Shown here in pieces: positions 39,328-47,910 of a stretch of 64,000 nucleotides of DNA. The notes beneath the pieces are model-generated. The model was not told where the DNA came from, did not search any database, and worked only from the letters and a program-made list of their open reading frames with translations. Both the position numbers and the translations under genes were made by a program. The stretch is from a virus: the IMG/VR virus record IMGVR_UViG_3300035190_001334, positions 32,001 through 96,000 of that record; one strand, given 5' to 3'. Numbering within the stretch: position 1 is the first letter of the stretch; each line of letters begins with the position of its first letter.

Positions 39328-40572
39328 TTATGATAGCAGAGATTGTAAAGCTTCAAGTCTAGCTAAATGTGCTTCTTCGGGTGTGTTGAAACTGCCGACA
39401 CGCTTAGTTTTGTTGTTTACAGATATAACAGAGTAAAACTTGTTGTACTTAGGATACACTCCAACAGGTAATTCTCGCTCTTTTTTAGGTTTGTTAAAAA
39501 GTTCTGCAAAAGATTCATCACCATCATAATAATATTTTTCGGCTTTGATACGATGCTCTCTTGCTTCCTCTTCTGTACCAAAGTTACCTACAGAAAATGT
39601 TTTATTGTTGACTGTAATACAGGCTGTGTAAGTACCATGCCCATTTCTACTGACTCCAACGCCTTTACGCTTTTGGTTAGTTTTAGTTTTAGCTTTTGAA
39701 CGCGCAGCCTCTAATTCTTTCTTAAATTCATGTTGTCCATCCCAATATACTTTCTCAGCAAGACTTCTCACTAGACGCGCTTGCTCTTCAGTTTCGTACC
39801 TACCGAGTTCTGTAGTTTTCCCATTGTAAAAAATACTTGCTGCCCAACTTCCACTTTCAACCAAACGTACTCCTAACCCATAGATTCTGGAGTTAGCTAT
39901 ATACTTACCGTCTTTTTCTACTCCTCTTCTGTGGGTAAACAACTCATCTAATTCTGATTGTTTTTCCGCGATACCATCAATATACAATTCTTCGGCAACT
40001 TTTCGTACTTGTCTTGCTAATTCTTCTGTTCTATATTTACCAAGACAAACTTTTTTATTCGTTCCAATCTCAACCTTTATAACTACACCCCAACAATCAT
40101 CCGCGTATTTTGTTACACCAGACCCACGAACTAATCTAGCTTTTGATAACTTTAAACGTGTCTCTTCTGAAACAGCCTTACCAAAATTAGGATTTTTCTC
40201 TCCTTTATTGTTTTCCGACATCTTCTTTCTTGTATTTTCCGATATAGGAATAATTTCAGCATCAGGATTTGTAATCTTCAATACGTTATAGCATAAAGAC
40301 CAGTCCTCTACGCCATCTAAATAAGTTTGCTCTAATTGTCTAATTTCTTTTACTGTAGCGTTTTCCAAAAGTTCTACAATCTCAAAGAAGAAATTATCTT
40401 CTCCGTTTTTAGTGAAAGAAGCCTGTAGTTGCTTATTACCGTGTTTACCTCTTCTTAATCTTGATAAGTGAGTACTTTTTCTGTAATTGAGATTGTTGCT
40501 TGAACCAATGTAATATTTTCCATTGATTTTATTCGTGATTTTGTAAATTCCAGCCGATTTAGGGAAGTCCAT
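39328..40572 (-). CDS. GIY-YIG endonuclease with NUMOD3 and four AP2-like domains
   Basis: GIYKITNKINGKYYIGSS; repeats LGKYRTEELA, LGRYETEEQA, VGNFGTEEEA, VGSFNTPEEA. Confidence 0.9.
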   Translation of the reverse strand: MDFPKSAGIYKITNKINGKYYIGSSNNLNYRKSTHLSRLRRGKHGNKQLQASFTKNGEDNFFFEIVELLENATVKEIRQLEQTYLDGVEDWSLCYNVLKITNPDAEIIPISENTRKKMSENNKGEKNPNFGKAVSEETRLKLSKARLVRGSGVTKYADDCWGVVIKVEIGTNKKVCLGKYRTEELARQVRKVAEELYIDGIAEKQSELDELFTHRRGVEKDGKYIANSRIYGLGVRLVESGSWAASIFYNGKTTELGRYETEEQARLVRSLAEKVYWDGQHEFKKELEAARSKAKTKTNQKRKGVGVSRNGHGTYTACITVNNKTFSVGNFGTEEEAREHRIKAEKYYYDGDESFAELFNKPKKERELPVGVYPKYNKFYSVISVNNKTKRVGSFNTPEEAHLARLEALQSLLS

Positions 40573-40590
40573 AATTTTGTAATAAGGATA

Positions 40591-40657
40591 TTAAGGATAA
40601 AAGAAAAAAGTGGGAGGCAGTCCTTAAGCTGTTTTCGTATTGCAATTACTATCCCAC
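40591..40657 (-). ncRNA. Candidate structured 5' leader of the endonuclease gene
   Basis: On the minus strand GTGGGA...TCCCAC closes two hairpins joined by GAAAA; loop TTAAGGA is complementary to a downstream TCCTTAA. Confidence 0.45.
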
Positions 40658-40670
40658 ATAACTATAATAA

Positions 40671-40710
40671 CAAAAATCTCTCCCTAAACAATATGTCTAA
40701 GGAGAGATTT
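40671..40710 (-). terminator. Intrinsic terminator after the major capsid gene
   Basis: AAATCTCTCCTTAGACA-TAT-TGTTTAGGGAGAGATTT hairpin running into a T tract. Confidence 0.75.
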
Positions 40711-40734
40711 AATTTTAACTAATTAGCATTAGTA

Positions 40735-41982
40735 TTAGGAGATGACAGTTAAACCGTCAGCAGGGTTGAAAGTGGTAAATTCCGCAAGATTTACTGAACT
40801 TTCCAAGTTAGCCAATTTAGCAAATTTACGTGCGCTTCCAGTGCGACCAATAGTAGGAGCCGCAACCAACTGCATACTTGCAGTGTTGGTGATGGAAAGA
40901 GGTGGGTCGCCAGCTTTGGTGTACGTGTTGACGTAGATACCTGCTTTTCCTCCGTTCTCAAGAGTTCCGCCAAGAATACGATTAAACTGACCTTGACGAC
41001 TTAGGAATACTACAGTACCTTCATCAAGTACACGAGTAGGAACTGACTTGCCTTCATTGTCTGTTAGTTCTACATAGTCGTCAACTAAGACGAACTTAGG
41101 TAAAAATCTGCGAGTTAGAACTTCATTAACTTGGTCAATAGAAGGAGTACCAGTAATAACGTTACCGATAACATTAGCTGCAACTACAGCTTCCTTAACC
41201 GACTTACAACGAACCATATTCAAAAGAAGACGTTCGCTAATTGCAATTTCGTCAGCAGGGAACCCGTTAACCCACTTGTAGTTAGAGTGCATATCTACAA
41301 GGTCTTGTAAAGGGTCAGCAGTTTCGTGCTGAGTCCAGTCGCGCTTGAGAGAGTCAACAGTTTCAGTTCCGTTGTAATCCGTTTGATATACGGGCTGAGG
41401 GAACATATTTCTGCGAACAGGCTGAGCTTTTAACCAATTTAACGAAACGTTCAGACCTGTACGACGGTCGGTATACGCCATTTTACCAGTTTGTAGAGTC
41501 TGCCAAGCAAGATAGTCAATCAAATTGATGTGACCACGAACAAGAGAAGCTACAGAACCAAAAATGACCTTAGCCAATTCGTTATCTTGCCCTAACTGCA
41601 CTTTACCTTCAGAAACTTGAATATTCTGAATGGTGATGTTGCGTAACTTAGCGATTTCGCTAACTTCTTGCATACGCCACTGCGTATCTTCATCCCAGTG
41701 ATACGAAATCGCTGCTTTGAAGTTACGAGCTTGAATGCGAGAGAAGTCGCCTTTTTTCGCTTCAGGATAATCCTGACCAGTTGCAACAAGAGACGCAATG
41801 GGGTCTGTGGTTGTCCCAAGATAAGCAAGCCAATCACGACCTGTCTTTTCAATCAAGGGAACATAAGTGTTGAGAACTTTGCTGCGTTCTTTGGTCTGAC
41901 GAAGGGTATTGTTGATAACCAAGTCCGCCGCCTTAGCAGCGCGTGCTTCTTTTAAAAAGCTTTCAATAGGGGACATTGCCAT
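40735..41982 (-). CDS. Major capsid protein (lambda gpE / Phage_cap_E-like)
   Basis: 415 aa; LAWQTLQTGK, W....ADPLQDL, G.PADEIAIS motifs; downstream of scaffold and decoration genes. Confidence 0.85.
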   Translation of the reverse strand: MAMSPIESFLKEARAAKAADLVINNTLRQTKERSKVLNTYVPLIEKTGRDWLAYLGTTTDPIASLVATGQDYPEAKKGDFSRIQARNFKAAISYHWDEDTQWRMQEVSEIAKLRNITIQNIQVSEGKVQLGQDNELAKVIFGSVASLVRGHINLIDYLAWQTLQTGKMAYTDRRTGLNVSLNWLKAQPVRRNMFPQPVYQTDYNGTETVDSLKRDWTQHETADPLQDLVDMHSNYKWVNGFPADEIAISERLLLNMVRCKSVKEAVVAANVIGNVITGTPSIDQVNEVLTRRFLPKFVLVDDYVELTDNEGKSVPTRVLDEGTVVFLSRQGQFNRILGGTLENGGKAGIYVNTYTKAGDPPLSITNTASMQLVAAPTIGRTGSARKFAKLANLESSVNLAEFTTFNPADGLTVIS

Positions 41983-41998
41983 TTTTTATATTTCTCCG

Positions 41999-42907
41999 TT
42001 ATTTGTTGAAGTATGGTTTAATGTGCAAGTGCAAACCAAACAAACGCTTCAATTGACGGTCAATGTAGGGCAGATTGTTTTGATAGATACCAGCAATTTC
42101 ACTGATAACTGCAAAATGGCGCACAGGCTCGTTGGTTAGGTCTACAGGGTCAGGATACAAACCGAGAACTTCTTCAACGTTAATACCGACAATAGTGTTG
42201 ATAGGTAGAGCTTGAGCAGCGTTAGCAGCCAAAGTCACCGAACGAACACCAGTGGTAGCATTTTCAGCACCGATTGCGAGAATCGTACCTAAAGGAGTGA
42301 GATTATCACCTAAGTAACCAGCTTCAGTAGTTTCGACAACAACTTGACCAGCAGCACCAGAGGTAGTGAAGTACACATCATAGCTGTCGTTAGCGTAGAT
42401 AGTAGCTACAGCAGTAGAACCAACTTGAGCGAAGGTAATGCCAGCAGCCAACAGAGCAGCAGCGTTAGCGGTCGCGAAATCAGCAGCAGCACCAGCACCA
42501 GTTTGAGTAGCTCCTACAGTTGCCGAGTAAGTCACACCACCAATCTTGGCAGTAATAACATCACTAGTAGCAAAAGTGCCAACAAACTTGATTCGAGCGA
42601 AACAGTGCTTAGCGTACAGTACATCGCCAACCTTAAATTGAGAACAAGGGGTCTTCAATGAGATAGTGGGAGAGTTAGTAGCGGTCGCAGCGTTTAAGCG
42701 AGTGCGAGGAAGAAAACGGGCAACTCTTTCGCCAGAAGTGCCAGTAGTAGCGATGAAGCTACCTTCAGGAACTGCGGCAATCCCTTCAGAGTTGAGTTGA
42801 ATATCGGCACTCTTAATTTCAACACCATCAATTGCAACTTTCTTAGCTGCGGCGTTGAAAATGATTGCCTTACCGTTACGGATATATTTTTGAGTTGTTA
42901 AATACAT
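41999..42907 (-). CDS. Head decoration protein (gpD-like with inserted domain)
   Basis: VPEGSFIA...RFLP at the N-terminus and IYQNNLP near the C-terminus; directly upstream of MCP. Confidence 0.6.
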   Translation of the reverse strand: MYLTTQKYIRNGKAIIFNAAAKKVAIDGVEIKSADIQLNSEGIAAVPEGSFIATTGTSGERVARFLPRTRLNAATATNSPTISLKTPCSQFKVGDVLYAKHCFARIKFVGTFATSDVITAKIGGVTYSATVGATQTGAGAAADFATANAAALLAAGITFAQVGSTAVATIYANDSYDVYFTTSGAAGQVVVETTEAGYLGDNLTPLGTILAIGAENATTGVRSVTLAANAAQALPINTIVGINVEEVLGLYPDPVDLTNEPVRHFAVISEIAGIYQNNLPYIDRQLKRLFGLHLHIKPYFNK

Positions 42908-42922
42908 TGTGTTTTTTGCTCC

Positions 42923-43834
42923 TTATAGTCCGAAATCCAGACCCATAGCAATCAAGTCGCCCTTAGCAGCTTCTTCAAGGCTAGATGAGAAATTAGCAGT
43001 TGCAACTTCTTCAGCGCTAACAGAGAAGTCAGTGAACTGAGTCACATTAGCAACATTACGCAATAGAGAGTAAGCAAACTCCGACATATTGAGTTGTTCT
43101 TGCAAATCACGCGCACCGTTAGTTTGAGCGATACCAGTAAACTGAGCAACTCGTTGGCGAGGGTCAGAGAAGTTACCGATAAGAGCTTCCTTCATTGCAG
43201 GGGTGATAACACCGTCAACAACGTCTTGACTAACACGGGCGTTCAAATCGGTCAGTGCTTGAGATAATTGTGCTTCAAAGTTAGCTTGAGAGAATTGGGC
43301 TTCAAGAGCTTCTTTTTCTGCACGAAGTTTTTGGATTTCGCTAACTACTGTCTTATTGAAATTAGCTTGAATTGCTGGGTTGTATGCCGCAGCGTAATTA
43401 GCAGCGTCTTCAGTCATAGGTTCTTCTGCGCCTCCTTCAGCGCCTTCTGTTGCGTATTGTGCTTCTAGAGCTTGGCGGTCTTGTTCTAACACTCCATCAG
43501 CAACTTCGATAAGTTTATCCAAGTCTTCTTCGGTAGCATCAGGGAATGCAGAAATCATTGCTTCCAAATCTTCGACATTATCAACGATGTTTTCGCCACT
43601 AATGTAGCCAGTTACATCTTCTTCGCTTAATCCAGTTGCCTGAACGAGAGCTTGAATACCAGCACTGATTGCAGGGGAAGTATCCTCTGGGTCAGTAATT
43701 AGGTCAGCAAACTGAGCTTCAATAAGGTCAAGCAAGAGTTCGCCAAAAGCATTGGTTGGATTGAGTTCGGTCGCTTGACCTTCTCCTTCTATACCAGCGT
43801 CCTGAGCGCCTAAATCTTGTTGTTCTTCATCCAT
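42923..43834 (-). CDS. Capsid scaffolding protein
   Basis: Acidic, coiled-coil, DGVITPAMKE motif; several ANF/AQF motifs. Confidence 0.65.
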   Translation of the reverse strand: MDEEQQDLGAQDAGIEGEGQATELNPTNAFGELLLDLIEAQFADLITDPEDTSPAISAGIQALVQATGLSEEDVTGYISGENIVDNVEDLEAMISAFPDATEEDLDKLIEVADGVLEQDRQALEAQYATEGAEGGAEEPMTEDAANYAAAYNPAIQANFNKTVVSEIQKLRAEKEALEAQFSQANFEAQLSQALTDLNARVSQDVVDGVITPAMKEALIGNFSDPRQRVAQFTGIAQTNGARDLQEQLNMSEFAYSLLRNVANVTQFTDFSVSAEEVATANFSSSLEEAAKGDLIAMGLDFGL

Positions 43835-43864
43835 TTTTATTATTTTCGTTTTTAGGATTAAAAC

Positions 43865-43900
43865 AATAATGCCACACTAATTTCTCAGCATGGCATTATT
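43865..43900 (-). terminator. Stem-loop (terminator or processing site) upstream of the scaffold gene
   Basis: AATAATGCCATGCTGA-GAAA-TTAGTGTGGCATTATT followed by GTTTT. Confidence 0.6.
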
Positions 43901-43933
43901 TATGGCTTTTTCCCGTAACTGACGTAATGACTG

Positions 43934-45607
43934 CTATTCGATTTCTATAGAGCGTGGAACTGTGTTGGGATTCTTGAATGCGTCTGGATTATCCTTGCGA
44001 CGACTCTGTAAACGTTGGTTAGCTTGATAACGATTGACACCAGCGCCAGCAACTGAACCAACTCCACGACCTACACCAGCACCTAATCCAGTCATACCAA
44101 GTACTTTACCTGCACGACCGACCAAACCTGTGCTTCTTCGTTGCTCTTCTGTTTCATTGATACCAGAACCTTCAAGAGCGCCTAGACCCGCACCAACAGC
44201 AGTACCGACATTAGCGGCATTGATTTGAGGAGATAGATTGCCAAAACGATTTGCAGCACCTCTAGCAACTTTTTGAGCGCCATTAACTAAACCAGTAGGA
44301 ATGATGCCAAACGATGCAGACTTACGGATGCTTTTGCTATAACGAGCTTCGTTTTCTTGTTTCTTTTGTGCCAATTTAGCAGCAAGTAGACCACCACCAG
44401 CAAGTGCAGTACCTCCAACACCGATTGCAGCATATTTAGCTGCCTTATCCGTGTCAAGAACTTTAGCTACAGAGTTAAGCGCATCATGAGTACCTACAGC
44501 CGCTTTAGCAGCCCCATAGTTAACTTTGTCTGCAATACCAAAAGGAAGACTTGCGACAATACGATTACCAGTCACAGAAGCTAAATTACCTCCACCAGCC
44601 TTAGTCGCAGCTTTACGAACCACTTTAGCTGCGGGTTGTGTGATTAATTTGCCAGCAGATACAAGACCTTTATTAATTTGGTCGCCAATGCCAAAATTAG
44701 CTTCTTGTTGACGTTTGAGGAAGTTTGCTGATTTGCGGATTTCTTTATTGAAGTACTTGCCTACTGGCTTGCCCGATTCAATCATCGAGTTGATTTCTTT
44801 TACCCCCATACTTGCAGGTACTTTAGGGTCGCGCAATTTCTTTTTCTGCATCTTGCCGCGCAAAGTTGACTCTAAGCTGACGACTCCAGTATTGTTTTGA
44901 GGGATATATGTGCTTCCGTGTTGGATTAGGCGTTGAATTGTAGCTGGGTCTTGGAAATTTGCTGATTTGCGAATCATTTTACTTAACTCTGTAGTTGAAT
45001 TTACGTTTACTGTGTTTGGTGGGATACCTCCACCTGCTTCTTTTTTCATTCTGACTTTACCAAGCAAACTACCAAAAAATTGCTTAGTAGTTTCTATATC
45101 TTGTTTACCTTTGTTAATAGCTTGGTCAATCAACGGTGTTGGCTCAGGTCGTGTAGATTGACGTAGTAGTTCTTCCGCCATCCTAGCTTCTCTTTGGTCA
45201 AGATTCGGAGCTACAACCTCTTGCACTTTATTTTTTACAGCTTCAACTTCCTTACCAACTCTATTAGCAGCTTTACGAACGCCTCTAGGATTTGCAGCTT
45301 CGTGTTGAGCTACAACAGCCTCTCGTCTTCGTAATTCTAGTTCAGGAGCCACAGCAGCTTTATAACGATTTACACCATATCCAGCCCCAGCACCAAGTCC
45401 AGCACCGACAGTAGAGCTTGTCAGCACCTTACCTAAACGATTACCGACATTAGTAGCTCTCTTTTCTGCATCTGATTCAAATATGCCAGCACCTTGTAAT
45501 AGTCCAAGTCCACCGCCCACACCAGCACCAATTTTCACTGCATTAGGTATGGCAGAAAGAAGTGAGGGAGCGAAGCTGGCTGATTTTCGTAGTAGTTTTT
45601 TAGTCAT
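43934..45607 (-). CDS. Glycine-zipper polyprotein with RKSA(S/N)F junctions
   Basis: RKSASF twice, RKSANF twice, QEANF; two copies of the G-x-G-x-x-E-[ST]...G-x-R-x-GK module. Confidence 0.7.
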   Translation of the reverse strand: MTKKLLRKSASFAPSLLSAIPNAVKIGAGVGGGLGLLQGAGIFESDAEKRATNVGNRLGKVLTSSTVGAGLGAGAGYGVNRYKAAVAPELELRRREAVVAQHEAANPRGVRKAANRVGKEVEAVKNKVQEVVAPNLDQREARMAEELLRQSTRPEPTPLIDQAINKGKQDIETTKQFFGSLLGKVRMKKEAGGGIPPNTVNVNSTTELSKMIRKSANFQDPATIQRLIQHGSTYIPQNNTGVVSLESTLRGKMQKKKLRDPKVPASMGVKEINSMIESGKPVGKYFNKEIRKSANFLKRQQEANFGIGDQINKGLVSAGKLITQPAAKVVRKAATKAGGGNLASVTGNRIVASLPFGIADKVNYGAAKAAVGTHDALNSVAKVLDTDKAAKYAAIGVGGTALAGGGLLAAKLAQKKQENEARYSKSIRKSASFGIIPTGLVNGAQKVARGAANRFGNLSPQINAANVGTAVGAGLGALEGSGINETEEQRRSTGLVGRAGKVLGMTGLGAGVGRGVGSVAGAGVNRYQANQRLQSRRKDNPDAFKNPNTVPRSIEIE

Positions 45608-45609
45608 GG

Positions 45610-46971
45610 TTATCCTTGGTATCTATTGCGTCCAGATTCTCTCAAAATCTTGGTTGCATGGTAAAGTCTAGAATTGTCTTGCTGACCAGTTAAAGATTGA
45701 GGAATAGCTGTAGGTGCTTGGTAGTCATTGTAACTACCGATTGACCTTGGTGAGTAACCTACTTCTTCTCCTGTTAAAGATTGGGGGATGCCTACAGGAG
45801 ATTGATAATCGCCGTTCCATTGAGGAGGAAGTGGCAGTCTTTCGGAAATTTTATCGCGTAAATACTTACCGCTTTTTAAACCATATTCTTTGGCTTGACC
45901 ACCGTAACCTTCAGCTTGTTGGCGTAAGCCTTCAAAGTCAATATCAGGTGTTTCGCCCTTCAAAGCCTTGTAAGCAAGCAAACCACCACCAGCTAAACCA
46001 GCAAGACCTGCTCCAGCACCCAGACGTTGTTTAACGGAAGAGCCTTTAATTGCATCAATAACACCAAACTCAGCTACAGCTTGAATATATGCACGTTTGA
46101 ATTGAATATAAGTAGAATTATGTTTACGTGTGAATTTTGTCATGTTTTTGTTGTTTTTGTTAAAGTGAGAACCTAGTAAATAAGATGTAGCACCTGCCGA
46201 AGCAAGACCACCTCCTACAATACCCAAACCTGTTAAAGCGGCATTTTTAGTATTTTCGCGATTCAGATTATTTAAGTCATTATAGTACCGATTTTCGGTC
46301 TTTTCTTGTTCGCTGTTGGATAATCTTTTATATTTTTTTGAAGGCTCTATTCTGTTTTTGAATCGGTCTACTTTATTGAGGGCATTGTCATATTCTGTGT
46401 CTTTATTGGGTTGTAAAGAGGCTACAAGATTACCTCCAGCTAACCCGCCTAATACTCCAGAACCAATTATATTTTTATATTCGACGTATTTAGTTAGTTC
46501 TTCTGGAGATAAGTCTTGAACGTTATCAGGTAAAGAAAAGAAATTAGCGAAATGTTGTTTGTCGCCACTGAAATCGTTGTTAAGACCGTAACCTAATCCT
46601 ATAGCACCTCCAACTGCGCCAGCACCTAAAGTGCCAACACCGATGCCTTTAGCTTTATTAAGCCATCTGCTAACTTCTGCATCTGATTCTCTATTGCGAG
46701 TCGAGTCACCAATAACTCTATCTCTCTGAACTCTGAGCTTTTGTAGCTCTCTTATTTTTTGTTTCTCTGGTAGGTTGCTTTCTAAGAGTGCGCGAGATTG
46801 TTGGTCGTAGTCTACATTTGCATCAGACTCTCTACCTAAAGAACGAGCTTTACTTCGATAATAAGCATCTTCTCCCCACTTGTTACCGATATATTTACCA
46901 ATAACTCCGCCACCAAGAGCTAATCCTGCCCCTGCGCCAACTCCACCTAATGCGTAATCTTCAAAGTCCAT
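45610..46971 (-). CDS. Glycine-zipper polyprotein with ANF/AEF junctions
   Basis: Three Gly-zipper modules separated by FSGDKQHFANF and FKRAYIQAVAEF. Confidence 0.7.
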   Translation of the reverse strand: MDFEDYALGGVGAGAGLALGGGVIGKYIGNKWGEDAYYRSKARSLGRESDANVDYDQQSRALLESNLPEKQKIRELQKLRVQRDRVIGDSTRNRESDAEVSRWLNKAKGIGVGTLGAGAVGGAIGLGYGLNNDFSGDKQHFANFFSLPDNVQDLSPEELTKYVEYKNIIGSGVLGGLAGGNLVASLQPNKDTEYDNALNKVDRFKNRIEPSKKYKRLSNSEQEKTENRYYNDLNNLNRENTKNAALTGLGIVGGGLASAGATSYLLGSHFNKNNKNMTKFTRKHNSTYIQFKRAYIQAVAEFGVIDAIKGSSVKQRLGAGAGLAGLAGGGLLAYKALKGETPDIDFEGLRQQAEGYGGQAKEYGLKSGKYLRDKISERLPLPPQWNGDYQSPVGIPQSLTGEEVGYSPRSIGSYNDYQAPTAIPQSLTGQQDNSRLYHATKILRESGRNRYQG

Positions 46972-46975
46972 AGTG

Positions 46976-47908
46976 TTATTGATACTTATTAGTTAATTGT
47001 ACATCATCAGCCTGTTTTTGTTTTCTACGCTCGTCATAAGCTTTCTTAAGTGTGTAACCACCATGAACTAGACCGATAGCATTAGCTGCTGCAACTGTTT
47101 CACCTAAACGACTTTTACCTACGTTTGGTAGTGCAGAAGGAATAGGATGTGCAGCTTGTCTTTCTATTTCTAAGCTGCGACCATGAAAGAACCCATCATC
47201 TCTACCCATTTGCTCCTCTAAAGCAGCACGACGTAAAAACGGTTTAGATAAGTCATCGACAAATTTATATTTGCCTTCTGGCTCTACCTTATAAAGCTCA
47301 CCATCTAAAGCTGCCAACCTACCACCGTCCATTGCAGCGTTAAGAGTAGAGTAGAAATTTTTCTGAGGTAATCCGAATTTATATTTGTAGGTAACAGGCT
47401 CATCGTATTCTCTTGTAATTACTAAGGAGGGGTTGACAACACCCTTTTTAGATAAACTTTCATAATTTTGCCTGATGTTCTTGTCACTAATTAAATCTTG
47501 AAAACTAGGGTATCTTGGAATGTTAGATACATCTACATCCTCACCACTGACTCCAGCAGCGTTTGCCGATAGTATTGTTGGGTGAGTGTGAGCCATTTGT
47601 AGATTCTCAAGACCTCCTAAGTTGTTGGGGTAGCCTTTTACCCAAGGAACTATTCTATCAAGTGGAATTGACGTTGAAATAGCTTCTTTACTCGGAAGAT
47701 TAATTGCATCTTTGAAAGTACGATTACCTAGTGTGTTTATGTAGTTCGCAGAAGTATAGCCGACCTCAGAATTTGGATACTTACTGACTAAACCTCGCAA
47801 ACTATTCTCTGCATGGTCTTTTAGGTTAGGGTATTCATCTACAGATTTACCTGTAAGATTTTCTAGATAGTCGTCCCAACTAATACCAAAATTTACAAAG
47901 TGTCTCAT
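46976..47908 (-). CDS. JAB/JAMM-like metalloenzyme candidate with N-terminal HFVNF tag
   Basis: MRHFVNF start; NSEVGY...AHTHP...YPSFQDL matches E...HxH...SxxD. Confidence 0.55.
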   Translation of the reverse strand: MRHFVNFGISWDDYLENLTGKSVDEYPNLKDHAENSLRGLVSKYPNSEVGYTSANYINTLGNRTFKDAINLPSKEAISTSIPLDRIVPWVKGYPNNLGGLENLQMAHTHPTILSANAAGVSGEDVDVSNIPRYPSFQDLISDKNIRQNYESLSKKGVVNPSLVITREYDEPVTYKYKFGLPQKNFYSTLNAAMDGGRLAALDGELYKVEPEGKYKFVDDLSKPFLRRAALEEQMGRDDGFFHGRSLEIERQAAHPIPSALPNVGKSRLGETVAAANAIGLVHGGYTLKKAYDERRKQKQADDVQLTNKYQ

Positions 47909-47910
47909 AG

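Noticed and set aside
39328-41982. Group I intron in the major capsid gene carrying the GIY-YIG ORF
   Set aside because: MCP ends with its own stop and terminator, and no downstream exon or intron core was seen; the endonuclease looks free-standing.
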